Positions 1 through 12,787 of a stretch of DNA of 64,000 nt are shown one piece after another (position 1 is the stretch's first letter; each line of letters starts with the position of its first letter). The notes below the pieces were generated by a model. That model worked only from the letters and a program-made list of their open reading frames with translations, was not told the origin of the DNA and searched no databases. Made by a program: the position numbers and the translations under genes. The DNA comes from Octopus sinensis. Its lineage: Eukaryota. Where the stretch lies: NCBI RefSeq assembly GCF_006345805.1, contig NC_043008.1, positions 72,912,001 to 72,976,000 on the forward strand, read 5' to 3'.

Positions 1-672
1 TCTTGACATTGTAGCTTTCTTCTGCTGTTTACAGCAGTGCTTGGAAGGAAGATATGTAGTGTATGTTCATCGCATTGAACATGACAGAAAAAATTGAGCA
101 GAGAACCTGCATCAAATTTTGCCAAAAGCTTAGCGATACCCGTTCAGAGACCTATGCAAAGTTTTCAAAACGATTTTATCATTCTTGACACAATCGAGGA
201 GATCTTGTGCAATTGAAATCCAAGAATCTTTTTGGTCAGCTGAAAGCAGTTTGGGCACAAATTTGGCAGACATGTGTCTCATAACTAAATCTTCAGTGAA
301 ACTGAACTGAGCTGAACCATAACAAATCTGTACATCTTCTGATAACCCATGGATGGTGATTCAAGGATTTCCGCTCACAGCTGCAAACACATCTGTGATG
401 TTTTTCTTAATTCTTTTGGTTGCAGGTCTCGCAGAACATTCGTCATTATCAGCATTTTTCTGTCATCTTGAAAGCATCTGAACTGCTCATAAACTTATGT
501 GCAGTTCATACACTCCTCTCTATACACTTTCTGCCACTTTGCATTGGCCTCCAAGCATGTATCACCATGACAATTTTCTCTGGAGATCAATCTTTGCCAT
601 GCAGCTTCACTCTGCATGTTTTAGCTTTGTTACTATGGCAACAGTCTGGATACTTATTTATCAGACCTCATA
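1..672. mobile_element. Rearranged non-autonomous mariner derivative (two converging 5' ends)
   Basis: 81-188 (+) reads MTEKIEQRTCIKFCQKLSDTRSETYAK, a mariner N-terminus. About 170-540 (-) reads degenerate HTH/linker sequence (RPATKRIKKNITDVFAAV...MRHMSAKFVPKLLSADQK). A terminal repeat AGTCTGGATACTTATTTATCAGACCTCA followed by TA ends at 672. The left end lies outside the window. Confidence 0.75.
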
Positions 673-832
673 CATAAATACATACATACATACATACACA
701 CACACAGACATATATATACACACATACATGCATATATACATACACACACACACATATATATACATACATGTATGTATACATATGTATATACACGCACATA
801 TATATATACATATATATATATATAATATATAT

Positions 833-876
<44 letters not shown>

Positions 877-1020
877 GTATATATATATATATATAAATAT
901 ATATATTCATACATATATGTATATACATATATATATGCACACACACACACATATATGTATATACACACATATAGATACTGATATATAAATATCTATGTGC
1001 ATACATATACATACATATAT
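673..1020. repeat. (TA)n/(CA)n/(TACA)n microsatellite
   Basis: Seen directly in the sequence. Confidence 0.95.
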
Positions 1021-3463
1021 CAATGTGCATGTGGTCTTTCTGCATCTGTATATCCTAAGCTTATATACACACATTGCTCACGGGGTTACAGTGGTTCTCT
1101 TGTAAATTTTGGATATGATGGAAATATCTTTCATGGAGAAACACATTTAAAAGGTCAGATTTATTTCACAATTACTGCAGATGAGTTTGAATTTAGTGTC
1201 ATTGCATGGCTTTTATTTAAGCTCCATATCTAATGACAAAAATATATGCTCTCCACCACCCCAATATATTGTAATGTCAGCATTTAATCTTTAAAATACA
1301 TGTTCTCAACTGTCATTTATACATTTCAGTGAAGCAATTACTGCCAATATTTTTTATTCGGACAGTCTTTTGTTTAGTTTTTGCAGAATTATGACAAGTT
1401 TTGCTTAATTTTGGAGTCTTTACATATGAGTTTCTGTTAACCTTTATAATGCTCAAATCTGACCCTCATTAGAGTACAGCTCACATATGAGTTACTGCAG
1501 CTGCTTAGACAGTGAATTAGCCTCAACTACAAAAGTAAGACATTCAACTAATTGGCAACATTTCACCAATCAAGCACTATAATCACAGGCTTACAGACAC
1601 CACACACCATTTTCTCTCCTACTATTGCTACCACAATAGTTTGTTCTTGGAAACTAACCAGTTCCTCCTCCAGTCACCCCAACTATTTTATATTCCTTAA
1701 TCCCCACTACCACCCACGCTAAACAATTTGTGCAGTTGTTGTTCACCAGCACTTCAACCTCTAAAATTCTCTTCCCAGACACATTATTCCTGCAAAAACT
1801 GACCTATAAAATGTTCCAAATAAACAACAATGAGCCTAGGATACAACCCACATGGCAACAAGAAGAGGTAGTTGTGATGACAACATTCAAGGCAGCTAGA
1901 ATGAATTGTTGTCATGACAATGTTTATAACAACTAGAAGGAGTAGTTGATATGATAACTCTTATAGCAACAAGAAAGGTTAGTTACCATAATAACACACA
2001 TAACAATTACCTCACTTTTCTCTCGGTAATTCATTAAAAACAAAAATACTGTGTAATTAAATGTGTAAAGTGTGGTGCATAGTGCCAGAGTGGAATTGAA
2101 TTTTCTATTAATTCCTGTATGAACCTTTCTTTAACTGTAAGCAAAGGGGATTGTAGCATTCTTAAATGCAAAAGTATTGGAGCATGAGCATGTGTTCCCT
2201 GGCCTAGTGTATAAGAGTGTTACAACCCTTAGTTTAAAAATAATGAATTATAGTTCAAAACCCTGTTCAGTACTTTGTACCAATCCAAATTTTGATACCT
2301 GATCAGGATTTCAAACCAGGTGTAATTTAGTGTAGATGTAAACATTAAAACATTTATTTTTATATCTAAAGATGAAATTGACTGCAAACACAAAACATAC
2401 ATAACTAGCTAAAATAAGTAGCTAGCATGTACCATGTATTTACTAGTTGTTTTAAGTACCTAATGGTTGCATGCAGCCATAGACACCCTCTCAAGATACC
2501 TACTGAACACCAGAAAAGTGATAGCTCAGATGGGAGAAGGTTACACTAGCACTTGGCTGATATTTATCTCATCAAATATATTGGAGCAATGTGAATTAAA
2601 GTACTCAGTTCATGGACACACCACACTCCATGGTCCCCAAATCAAACTCAGGACTTCATAATCTTGAACTCAACATTCTAACCTCTAGACAACTTGTATT
2701 TACTAACTGGAAATATATTCAGAAATTAATTGTAAGCATTACACATAAAAGCTGTCATAGGCAATCTGCAGCCCACTGGACTTCCTGAATGACACACCTA
2801 ATGAACAATCTTTCTATTTTTTGTTTCTAGTTGTGTAACCCACCTGATGATAAAGCCATGTTTCATGTGGCCCACTTCTTGAAACAGTTGCCCATGCCAG
2901 CACTAAACATTTTATTATAATGTCACTTGTCATGCCATGTTATTAGTATGCCAGACTTAAGAATTAAAAAGCATTGCCCAAAAGGGAAGCAAGAAAACTG
3001 AAATTAATTTTCCTTTGCAAAATATAAAAATAAGCTGATGTAGTTTCTCTGGATGAAAAGTTGGAGTTTTATTTAATAGATACAATGTTTAAAAATAATT
3101 TGTTATAAATGAGAAATAGAGTTTATATCATTTAATAATTGTTTGAATCTATCATTATTACATTGATAATTGGCTTAAATAACTATCAATAATTGTTCAA
3201 ATATATCATTGGAATAAGCTAAATTTTTGCTCAACAAATTTCATTCTTACTTTGCATTAACTTTTCTCACCTCTGAAAATCTTTGCAAAGTAAATTTCTA
3301 CCTGTTTTTATTTATCACAAGTTAGTTATAATCATGTAGATACAGGATCAAAGACCATGTAGACCTAGATGAAGACCATCTCTCTTGTTTTTAATTCAGA
3401 TAGTAGGACAAGATATAAGGAAAATTTTGCTGCAATTTCTATCAGGGCAAGTGTCGCAATAAA

Positions 3464-3660
3464 GCTTCCTCATTGGTTCAGCTAAGTACTAGTTATGTAT
3501 TATTAAGTGAACCCAGTTGATTATTCTCTACTTCACCAAAAGGGCTTCCTCACTGGTTCAGCTAAGTACCAGTTATGTATTGGAATGAATCCAGTTGAGT
3601 ACTTTCTAGTTCACTGACAGAGATTCCTCATTTGCTCAGCTAAGGAACAGGAGTGAAACC
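3464..3660. repeat. Degenerate ~80-bp tandem repeat, about 2.5 copies
   Basis: GCTTCCTCA(T/C)TGGTTCAGCTAAGTAC recurs at 3464 and 3544, with a variant at ~3622. Confidence 0.8.
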
Positions 3661-5773
3661 AACTGATTATTTACTGCCAAAAACACTTTTAAATTTTGGT
3701 ATAGAAACAATCAAGATTAGTAATACCTTATATACTGTTATGTGAGATAACTGAAAAACCAGTAATTAGCTAGGGTCTGAGGGTGATTAAACCAACTGTA
3801 GTACTTCTGCAGAACAGGTAATGGGTGGGGATGAGGCATCAGAGACAGTAAGAAGATAAGACTAAATACATTTCTGTATGAAGTCACATCTCTTTAGGTT
3901 TATTCTAATATTCAATTCAGTGTTCATCTATGCAGGGTTAGATCAAATACCAGTAATATAGAATAAACTTGATTCAATCAACAACTCCCATACCTTCAAA
4001 AACTGGCCTGACCTTGCGATGTGCTGAAAGAAAAGAATATTAAATTCTTAAGAATATGCAGTCTCTACAGGTAATTAATATGTACTGCTTTGAGCTCTCA
4101 GAATTTTTGAAACCATATCATATCAACCTAGCAGAAACCTATCCTCTATGTCTCTGGCATTTACTTTATGGTAGTACAAAAGACTAAAGTAAATCAAGTA
4201 AATTGCACAACTCAATATCTGCAAGCTGGATTTGACCCGATGCCCCACAGCTCTACTGCTTTAAACACTTAACTGCAAATTCACTGATATTAAATAAAAG
4301 TTTGAGGTTCTTTTATAGTGACTCTTTGTCTCCGTTTCAGTAATAGTGTTCACTACAAATCGATATTTGGTAGCTTTAATTTCCCACTGCATGCAATGTC
4401 AGATCTTGTTCTAAAGAATTTAGCAAGACTTATTACATTTCATTTGGAACTTGGTAAAATTGAGAGAAATGTAAAGTTATTGACAAAAGTAAATTAGTGT
4501 GCTCACATGTAACCATCAACTGATTCACCTTGAAATACAGCTCAACCACAAAAGTATCCAACCTAAAGATATTCACTGAAACTAGCCGGTTTAGAAAATG
4601 TATATTAAAAAGAAAACAAAAAAAAAAGCCCTTAGCCTCCTGATATCAGGAACTAAATTCTGTAAGCAATTTCATATTAGACTAAAATAATGAATTGTTT
4701 GGGGTTCCATTGTTTGAGGATCCGGGCTTTGTATGCAAATGAAAATTTTGAAAGTCATTTATAGTAATTACAATAAGAATACTTTTCTTTTAAACAGAAA
4801 TAAGATCACTACTTCTATTTCTTAGTGTAATGTAAATAACTTTAGTATCCCCCAACGGCTCTTTATGCCATGGAACCGCAGCCAAGTAATGACCCTTAAA
4901 TAGATATAAGACGAAAATCAAATAATCTTGGATTAGCTGATAGCCTAGAAAAGGTCAACTAAGTAAATGATCTTCCAGATAGTCTCAATAAATAGACCTC
5001 TTTTACCACAGGCCTAGGAAGAATAAGAATACATAAGGAAGAATACATAAATCAGGAAGTGTAGGATTCTGGACAGTAACAGACTTGACAAAGGGAGCGT
5101 GGACATAAAACTTCATAAAAATAACAGAAAAGGATTTGCTTTTTTTCATCATATCCATTTTTAGAATTAATGTCTAATGTATCTGAGAGGGAATGCAGAA
5201 AAAATACTTTCTTATTGCCTTCTACAAGTGGGTTAACAAGGTAAGAAATTAAGAACATCAGAATTAAAACATGGTGTAATCAACATGATTTAATTACAGC
5301 TTGAAATCATAAAAACCAACATTCTATATGACAGTCTTCTGGTTAGAGAACACTGACGAAAATCTTTTGTCTGTCCACGCCAGTGAACATGTATGCAATT
5401 ATCAAGTGGTGAAAGGTGTTGAAAGTGGATCAGTTATGTCTTGAAAGAAGGACAGTACCTAACCATAAGAATTATTTCATTGAAATCTTGGAAAAAGAAA
5501 TAACAATTTGCATTATCCATTGTATCACATTAGTCTAGCGCATATATGGAAAATAGTTACCATTCCATCTAGGCTCATTGCCTCGTGCTTATCCTGTTAA
5601 ATCACAATCTTAACATTCATGTATTTGATTCCTAGACTGGGCAGTAGGTTGTATCCTTAAGCAAGGTACACCATTTCATGTTGCTCCATTCCACTCTGCT
5701 CAGAATGAATAATTAGTCACGTGTTGATGCAGCTCTCTCTCTCTTTCTCTCTTGCTCTCTGTCTGTCTGCCTC

Positions 5774-5812
<39 letters not shown>

Positions 5813-6589
5813 TTCTCTAGCTGTCATATCCTAGGTGTGTAGGTAGGTCAATGTTAGCACGACCAGGTGGACATTTACATCGGCTCATAACTACACTGGC
5901 ATATGAAACAATTAGCAAAAACATTGTACATATTACAAAGCCAAACTTACTTATGAGCAGCAGTTGGCTGTTCTGTACTCTTCTAAGAACACTCTCTCGT
6001 ATGAACAGCTGATTGTTGGACTGTGCCACAATGGAGAATAATAAGCCACAAACATTCTTGGGCACTTGATAAAGGATTGACTTCTTAAGAGACTGCATCC
6101 ATAATTGTCTTTGTAATGAAAATTTAGTTACATTAACAGCAACTTGCTATGCCTCACACAGTGATATGGGTGACCAACCCTCAGAACTGTCACTTGTTCA
6201 CCTACAGAAACACCTGCTCAGTAGTCTGCTTTTAATATAGATTTGGTCTGCAATCAGCAATATATCAGAGTGGAGCTGGAAGACTATTGGTCTTCTTGGG
6301 TCCCTTTGTTTAAGAAGAGCATGAAATCAGTAAGGTATAAGTTCCTCATTGTGCTAGATGTGCTGGCCAGTATGGTCAGAAAGCTAGTTGATAGTGATGC
6401 TTACGGGCTGTGTCAATATAGAAATGTACACCAATATGCAGCTATTTGGTTTAGCTTCCCAGCTAGCCTGAAATTACTACAGCTACTGCCCACTACATGT
6501 GTGTGTGTCTGTGTGTATAAGCTTTTATACATTACATGTTATAGGTCTCTCAATGTGTTTATACATCCATCCATACATACATACACATA

Positions 6590-6616
6590 TGCTCATATAT
6601 ATATACACACATACAC

Positions 6617-6672
<56 letters not shown>

Positions 6673-7157
6673 ACATGTATATGTATATGTATCTATTCAC
6701 ACAATATATTAATACACATAAGTAAGAGCATAAAAGAAAGAAATTATGCATACATGAATGTAAAGCTGGCTATAAATATACATACATCAATATATAGATC
6801 AGTATGTTTATGTGCATACATAACTACTGCAAACCATGATACAAGCCATTACACAGGTCAAAGACAAAATGATGGGGTAGGGCCTAATAGCAATAATAAC
6901 AATAACATAACTCCCACACACAGACAAATCCCCTGATCATTCATATTTTCTGATGCCTTCTGCATATAGGAGTTAATTGAGCCAGTCACAAGATAAATTC
7001 TTCTCTCGCACAGAATGTTTTGGAAATGACGTCGAAAGAAACAACTTATCTTTTTGCTATATGAATACAGCAGAGAAGAAAAAAAATAAAACAATGTGAT
7101 GTTTGTGTGTGTATATACATATACCTACACACGTGTATATGCACATATTTATATATT

Positions 7158-7200
<43 letters not shown>

Positions 7201-7306
7201 AACATATATACACATATACATACATATATACACATATCCATATATATATATACATATATATGTATATATATGCATATATATATATATATTATATATATAT
7301 ATATAT

Positions 7307-7337
<31 letters not shown>

Positions 7338-7356
7338 GTATATATGTATATATATA

Positions 7357-7408
<52 letters not shown>

Positions 7409-7421
7409 GTATGTATGTATG

Positions 7422-7475
<54 letters not shown>

Positions 7476-7500
7476 CATATGTATATATATAATTATACAA
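6590..7500. repeat. Two (TA)n-rich microsatellite blocks (6590-6700, 7120-7495)
   Basis: Seen directly in the sequence. Confidence 0.95.
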
Positions 7501-7589
7501 AAGAGAGAAAAAGGAGGTGAAAAATAGAATAGAAACTTGCCAACTTTGGAAATATATTTTTATGCCAGTTGTAATATATTGTTATGATT

Positions 7590-7832
7590 ATATTTTTGTT
7601 ATTATTAATATTATTATTGTTGCTGTTGTTGTTATTGTTTTTATTGTTGCTGTTGATACTTTAATGTCTGCAGTGCAGTGATAAGTTCTTCCTGCCAAAA
7701 CTATTGTGATAATTGTGTTTGCTTCCAATAACAGTTCAATGAAGCCAGTTATTATTATAGTTGTTGTTGTTATTATCATTATTATTATTACTATTATTAT
7801 TATATTATTATTATTATTATTATTATTATTGT
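7590..7832. repeat. (TTA)n/(GTT)n simple repeat
   Basis: Seen directly in the sequence. Confidence 0.9.
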
Positions 7833-9413
7833 GGTTCTTAGTTTTTAGTTTGTTTTTCATTTTTGTTTCCTTTCCATTATTTCGATCAACTTTCATTTAT
7901 AGCAATCCCCTTATTTGCAGATGTTTATATACATTACCTTATGACTATACATATGTATATCTATGAATATACAGAAACGTGTGTGTGTATGTGTATATAT
8001 ATATTTATACATACATATATACTCACAAAAATATATGTTATATCTAAAAGTAGTTCAAAGAGAAGAGTTGGGTTAAGATTCAACTCCTATTACATAATAT
8101 TGCTTTCATTTCGTTGAATCTTGTTTAAGCTTTATTCCAAAAGAAAGCGAGAAAAAAATTATTGAAAGTAATCACTATTTTTTTTTGTTTTCATTGTGGG
8201 TTCGAAGCTCAATTGATTTTTGTATCTTTGTGCTTTTGTTTGTTTTTCGTGACAACTGTTCGTCAGAGATAAGTATACTAAAAATTTATTATTAGCTTAG
8301 AACAGCATACATACGAGTAAGAGACCCTTGGATTTGTTCTTTGAGACATCCCCTTTAAGACTAGATGTTCTTTGGGGCTGATAAGGAAATTGCTTTCCTT
8401 TCTGAGTGACTAACCAACATTTTATTTTTAAATGTTTCTTTGAATTTGCTCATGCTAGCAGTTTGGTATAACCAAAGAGAAATGTATGACATATGAAGTG
8501 ATCTCCCTCTCTCTTTCTTTTTCACTCTCTCCCCCTTTCAGTGAATCCACACTAACGTTTCTAAAATACAAACCATAAAGAATTTTGTTTTTATGGAAAG
8601 ACAGTGCCAATTTCAGAGTTTGAAAGACTTGCTTGAAAGAGATGTTAAATAGGTTATCTTCACTCTGCAGGACTGGCTTCAATGTTTGTGTAACTGCTAC
8701 TACAAACTAGTACCTACTACAATCATGTCCTACTCATAACTGCAATCACTCATCATGTGACATGACATTTTGGCTCCCAAATTTGGACATGCTTTCTCTT
8801 TATATATATAATTTGGAAATGACCACTTGAAACATGTAGCAACATCTAGCAAGCATTGTCACATGACACCAAACCGTCTTTCTCAACAAATCCAGTTGCA
8901 TTTTCTTTATAGGTGACTTGGAGCCCTTGTTTTACTATGAATAGCAGCATTTATATCAACTTTATGCATCGCATCTTAAATAATAGAGTCTAAATTTGAA
9001 AGTAGATATACTACATGATTGGTTACTCATTATCACATTAATGAACATGAGATAAGTGTTGCAGACTGAAGTTGTTGCTACACTTATAGCCATGTGGATT
9101 CCTCCAAGGACACTCAAGAACCTAATGGTAATAATGTTCGATATCTGACATGAACATATCAACACATAAAAAATTATAACCTTATCTATAATAAAACGTA
9201 ACTTTTATTACTCTCCAAATACATGTCCAGTTTTCTATTTCCTATCATTTAAATGCTACATTTATATTTTGGAAAATTTTTGGAAAATCCTAAAGCCACA
9301 ATAACCTCATTTAATATCCAATCCTGTTGTTTTGTGGGAGTTCATTCTATTTCTCTCTTTGGTTTTTTTATATTCTTCAGTATTTCTGTTTCTTTATCAG
9401 TGAACTCATTCCT

Positions 9414-9575
9414 TTCATCATCATCATAATCATCATTATCATCATAGTCTAATACCCGCTTGGCATGGGTTGGGTGGGTTGGCAGGAGTTTGCTAGTAGG
9501 AGCCTGCACCAGACTTCTGTGTCTGTTTTGGCATGGTTTTTTACAGCTGAATGCACTACCTAACACCAACCACCC
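9414..9575 (-). mobile_element. Degenerate RTE 3'-tail fragment
   Basis: Reverse complement resembles 16140-16306, including the (GAT)n end. Confidence 0.6.
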
Positions 9576-9769
9576 TGCATATGCTCTATATAAAATGCAT
9601 TCATATGCTGGGATATCTACAAAAGATTAGATACTACCTCAACATGAGAAACAATGTTTTTTTCTAAAATATATTCTTAATTACTTGAAATTATCTCTCT
9701 CTTTTAATAATGGAATTGTTAATGAATTCCTCTTTTTTTTTTTGCTTCCTTTCTGCAACTTTGTGTAGG

Positions 9770-10002
9770 CCTCTAAGCAGGTATCGCCATGACAACTTTC
9801 TGTCAAGGTCAATGCGATGATCACACATTACACACATTACTTTGAAGCACTGCTCTAAACAGCGAGAGTGAGCTAGAGCATTAAAACTTGGTGCACATGC
9901 ACAGCAGAGGTCAAAGTCAACCTGTGCAGAACAGCTTCACTCTGCATACTTTAGCTTCATTACTATGGCAACAGTCTGGATACTTATTGATCAGATCTCG
10001 TA
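9770..10002 (-). mobile_element. Mariner 5'-end fragment, same family as 1-672
   Basis: Terminal repeat AGTCTGGATACTTATTGATCAGATCTCG followed by TA at 9973-10002; the internal sequence matches both 545-672 and 1-100. Confidence 0.75.
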
Positions 10003-11484
10003 TCTATATGTGTATACACATGTACACACACATATATATTTATATATCTATACAATGGGTTTCTTTCAGTTTCTGGCAACCAAATTTCACTGAAGCAGTC
10101 ATGGGTATGATATATTTATTGCATGACATATGGTTGTTTGAAGATAACATTACATAAAATGGATATGTCTAACTTCCTTTAGCAAAATCCATAAAAAATC
10201 AAAGTTTGCCCAATTGTTTCCAAATGGTGCTTAGTATTATTTCTGAGTATCATTTTAGGTACCATAATTAGTGCAACAGTGGCAGTGATTTGTGGTGACA
10301 CCTGTAGTTAAGACATATACATAGATGAAGGCAGGACCATCTTGGCAACATTATAGGCTCTCAAGCAAATCAATACTTGATGTCCTATAGTATATATTTA
10401 TTGACAGCAACCTGTCAAATACGTGGATTAGAATAGGGCCCCTAGACCTGTGAAGTTATTGGGCAACTGCTCAGTGTGTCTTGAGATAGTAGTGAATGTA
10501 GGTACTACAGTTAGCGAGAGTGGAAGAATTATGCTCAGTTGTAGTAGTAGGGAATTCAGTGATGAACCATTTGTGAAAACCCACTGATAGATACATCCAA
10601 TAAGAAATCAAATCAGTCGCCAAATAGCAAATACATAATCAAAGAAAGTAATCGTTGTGATACTAATGAGTATATTGGTGAAGTAATGATGACAATGAGT
10701 GAGTTAATATCTCAATAAGACCACTGATAACAATAGGTTTTGGCCCTCAAAAGGCATAGTTTAAATCCTAATGCTAACAACTAGATTAAGAAAGTGGTGT
10801 TACTTTATGTTATATGATAACATGACACAAACTCACCATCTGTAATGGTTGTGAAGTGGTATCATTATTGTTGGTGGTGGCAGTGGAGGTATTGTTGTTG
10901 TTGTTGTTGTTGGTGATCAGGAGGTAAAAAGGTGAAGGACATCACAGCTTCTCTATTGCTGTCAACTTGACAAGCCAACATTATAAATAATGATGTCTGC
11001 TTGTGTCGTTACAAATAACGGTCAGTGTGATGCTTCTGATTACACCAGTGCTGCTGTTGATGATGATGATAATGATAAGGTATATCTTGATAAGATTGAT
11101 GCTGATGTTAATGACTGTACTGCTGCTAATGATGGATTATCATGTGATAAAGCATCAACAGTGTTCTGTGAAGATTGACATAAATCTTATTAAACTTTTT
11201 CAATGATACAGTTAATAAATGATCTGGCATGATAAATGGCCACTTTAGAAATCACAATAAAAACTAAATGAAAACAACAATATTAAAGTGTTCTTTATTG
11301 ATATTTTGTTTTTTCACCTGCATGAGGTTTTCTAAGCAAATTTTTTAAATGTTTGAATTAATAATTGATCTTGTCCAATCATTCATTAGAGTAAATCAAT
11401 AAAACTGAAGCAAAGAAAATAAACATTTGATCATTCTGATACAAACTGATTAGCAACTTGAAAAGAAATTAATCCAGGGTATGT

Positions 11485-11498
11485 CAAATAGCTTCCCT

Positions 11499-11542
<44 letters not shown>

Positions 11543-11788
11543 CACACACACAGATATTCATACAACTATATATATATATACACACATACATACACAGATA
11601 CATACAACTATATATACACACACATACAAACACACACACATATATATATACATAAACACCTACATATATATATATATATATACACACACACATATATACA
11701 TACATACATACATACATACATACATACATACATACATACATACATACATACATACATACATACATACATACATACATACATACATGTA
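11485..11788. repeat. (TA)n/(CA)n/(TACA)n microsatellite
   Basis: Seen directly in the sequence. Confidence 0.95.
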
Positions 11789-12703
11789 TTGGGTTATCCC
11801 ATAAATAATGCAATTCTTTTTATACTTCTTTTATTTTTCAAAATTAGGATAAACAAAGTTCTTTTTTAATCTAAAACATACTCTCCTTCATTTTCTACAA
11901 TGCTCTTCCATCTATTTGGTAGACTTGCAAGGCCCCACTTCCAAATTTCCCTTATCTGTGATGAAAAATACACCTCCAGTACTGTTCTGATCTTGTCAAA
12001 AGAATTCATATTTTTTCCGTCCAAATGATTTTGAAAACTGTGGAATAAACTATAATCAGATGGGGCAATGTCTGGGAAATATAGTGGGTGGGACATCATT
12101 TCTCTTTCAAACTGTTCCAGCCTTTGGAATGTCATCCTTGCTCCATGTGGCCAAGCAATATCCTGATGGAAGAACATCTTTGATCTTGAAACCAAAGATG
12201 GTCATTTTCTGATGGTATGCAAGCGTTGATGAATGGTTGAATGACCAAATCCAAGCTTCAATGCTATTTCCTCAACAGTTACAATGGGATTTAGGTCCAC
12301 CAGGGTTTGTAGGACATCCTCATCAAGTGCCACAGATCTTCCATGACGTGGCTTATCTTTTAAGCTGTAGTTTCTAGTATTGAATTTCTGGAACCACATT
12401 GGCTTACGCTTATTGTCCAATCCCATATACTGTATTAATATTCCTCACACTTTCTGTTGTGTGGTTGCCTTTATTGAACTCATAAGGCAAAATATGCCGA
12501 ATATGCTCCTTTGTCACTTTCATAATAACTTTGAAAATATAACAGTTGAACTGCACTCTTCAAAACTTGCACTAAGAATAAGGACAAGGTGAAATTACTA
12601 CCTGTTTCTATAGCAAATTGATGCACAATAGTTTATCCTGTCCCCTTCTGACTTTTAATTCATGCAATTGAAAAAAAAACACATTATTTATGGGATGACC
12701 CAA
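11789..12703 (-). mobile_element. Internally deleted mariner transposon (915 bp)
   Basis: TIRs TTGGGTTATCCCATAAATAATG / CATTATTTATGGGATGACCCAA; TA on the left and TG on the right. The transposase remnant starts at 12523 (MKVTKEHIRHILPYEFNKG), with HTH in 12202-12426 and the C-terminus in 11866-12195 (HPLYFPDIAPSDY...RWKSIVENEGEY). The first catalytic D region is deleted. Confidence 0.92.
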
Positions 12704-12787
12704 TGTAATATACAGCTATATAAATATACACAGACAAATATATGTATATATCATATGCATATATATATATATATATATATATCATAT

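Noticed and set aside
654-1233. YI/IY/HT-rich ORFs here and at 6243-7527, 11481-11813, 27276-27590 and 42871-43336
   Set aside because: They are translations of (TA)n/(CA)n microsatellites, which lack stop codons in some frames.
2844-2895. CTGATGA...GAAAC spacing resembling a hammerhead
   Set aside because: No convincing stem I or stem III, and no stem II closing next to the core.
10990-11206. Asp-rich ORF
   Set aside because: Degenerate (GAT/GCT)n low-complexity sequence.
12662-12787. ATG at 12662 as the start of a 581-aa protein
   Set aside because: The first ~42 codons run through a mariner TIR and (TA)n, upstream of the RTE TSD. The open frame is fortuitous and the LINE is 5'-truncated.
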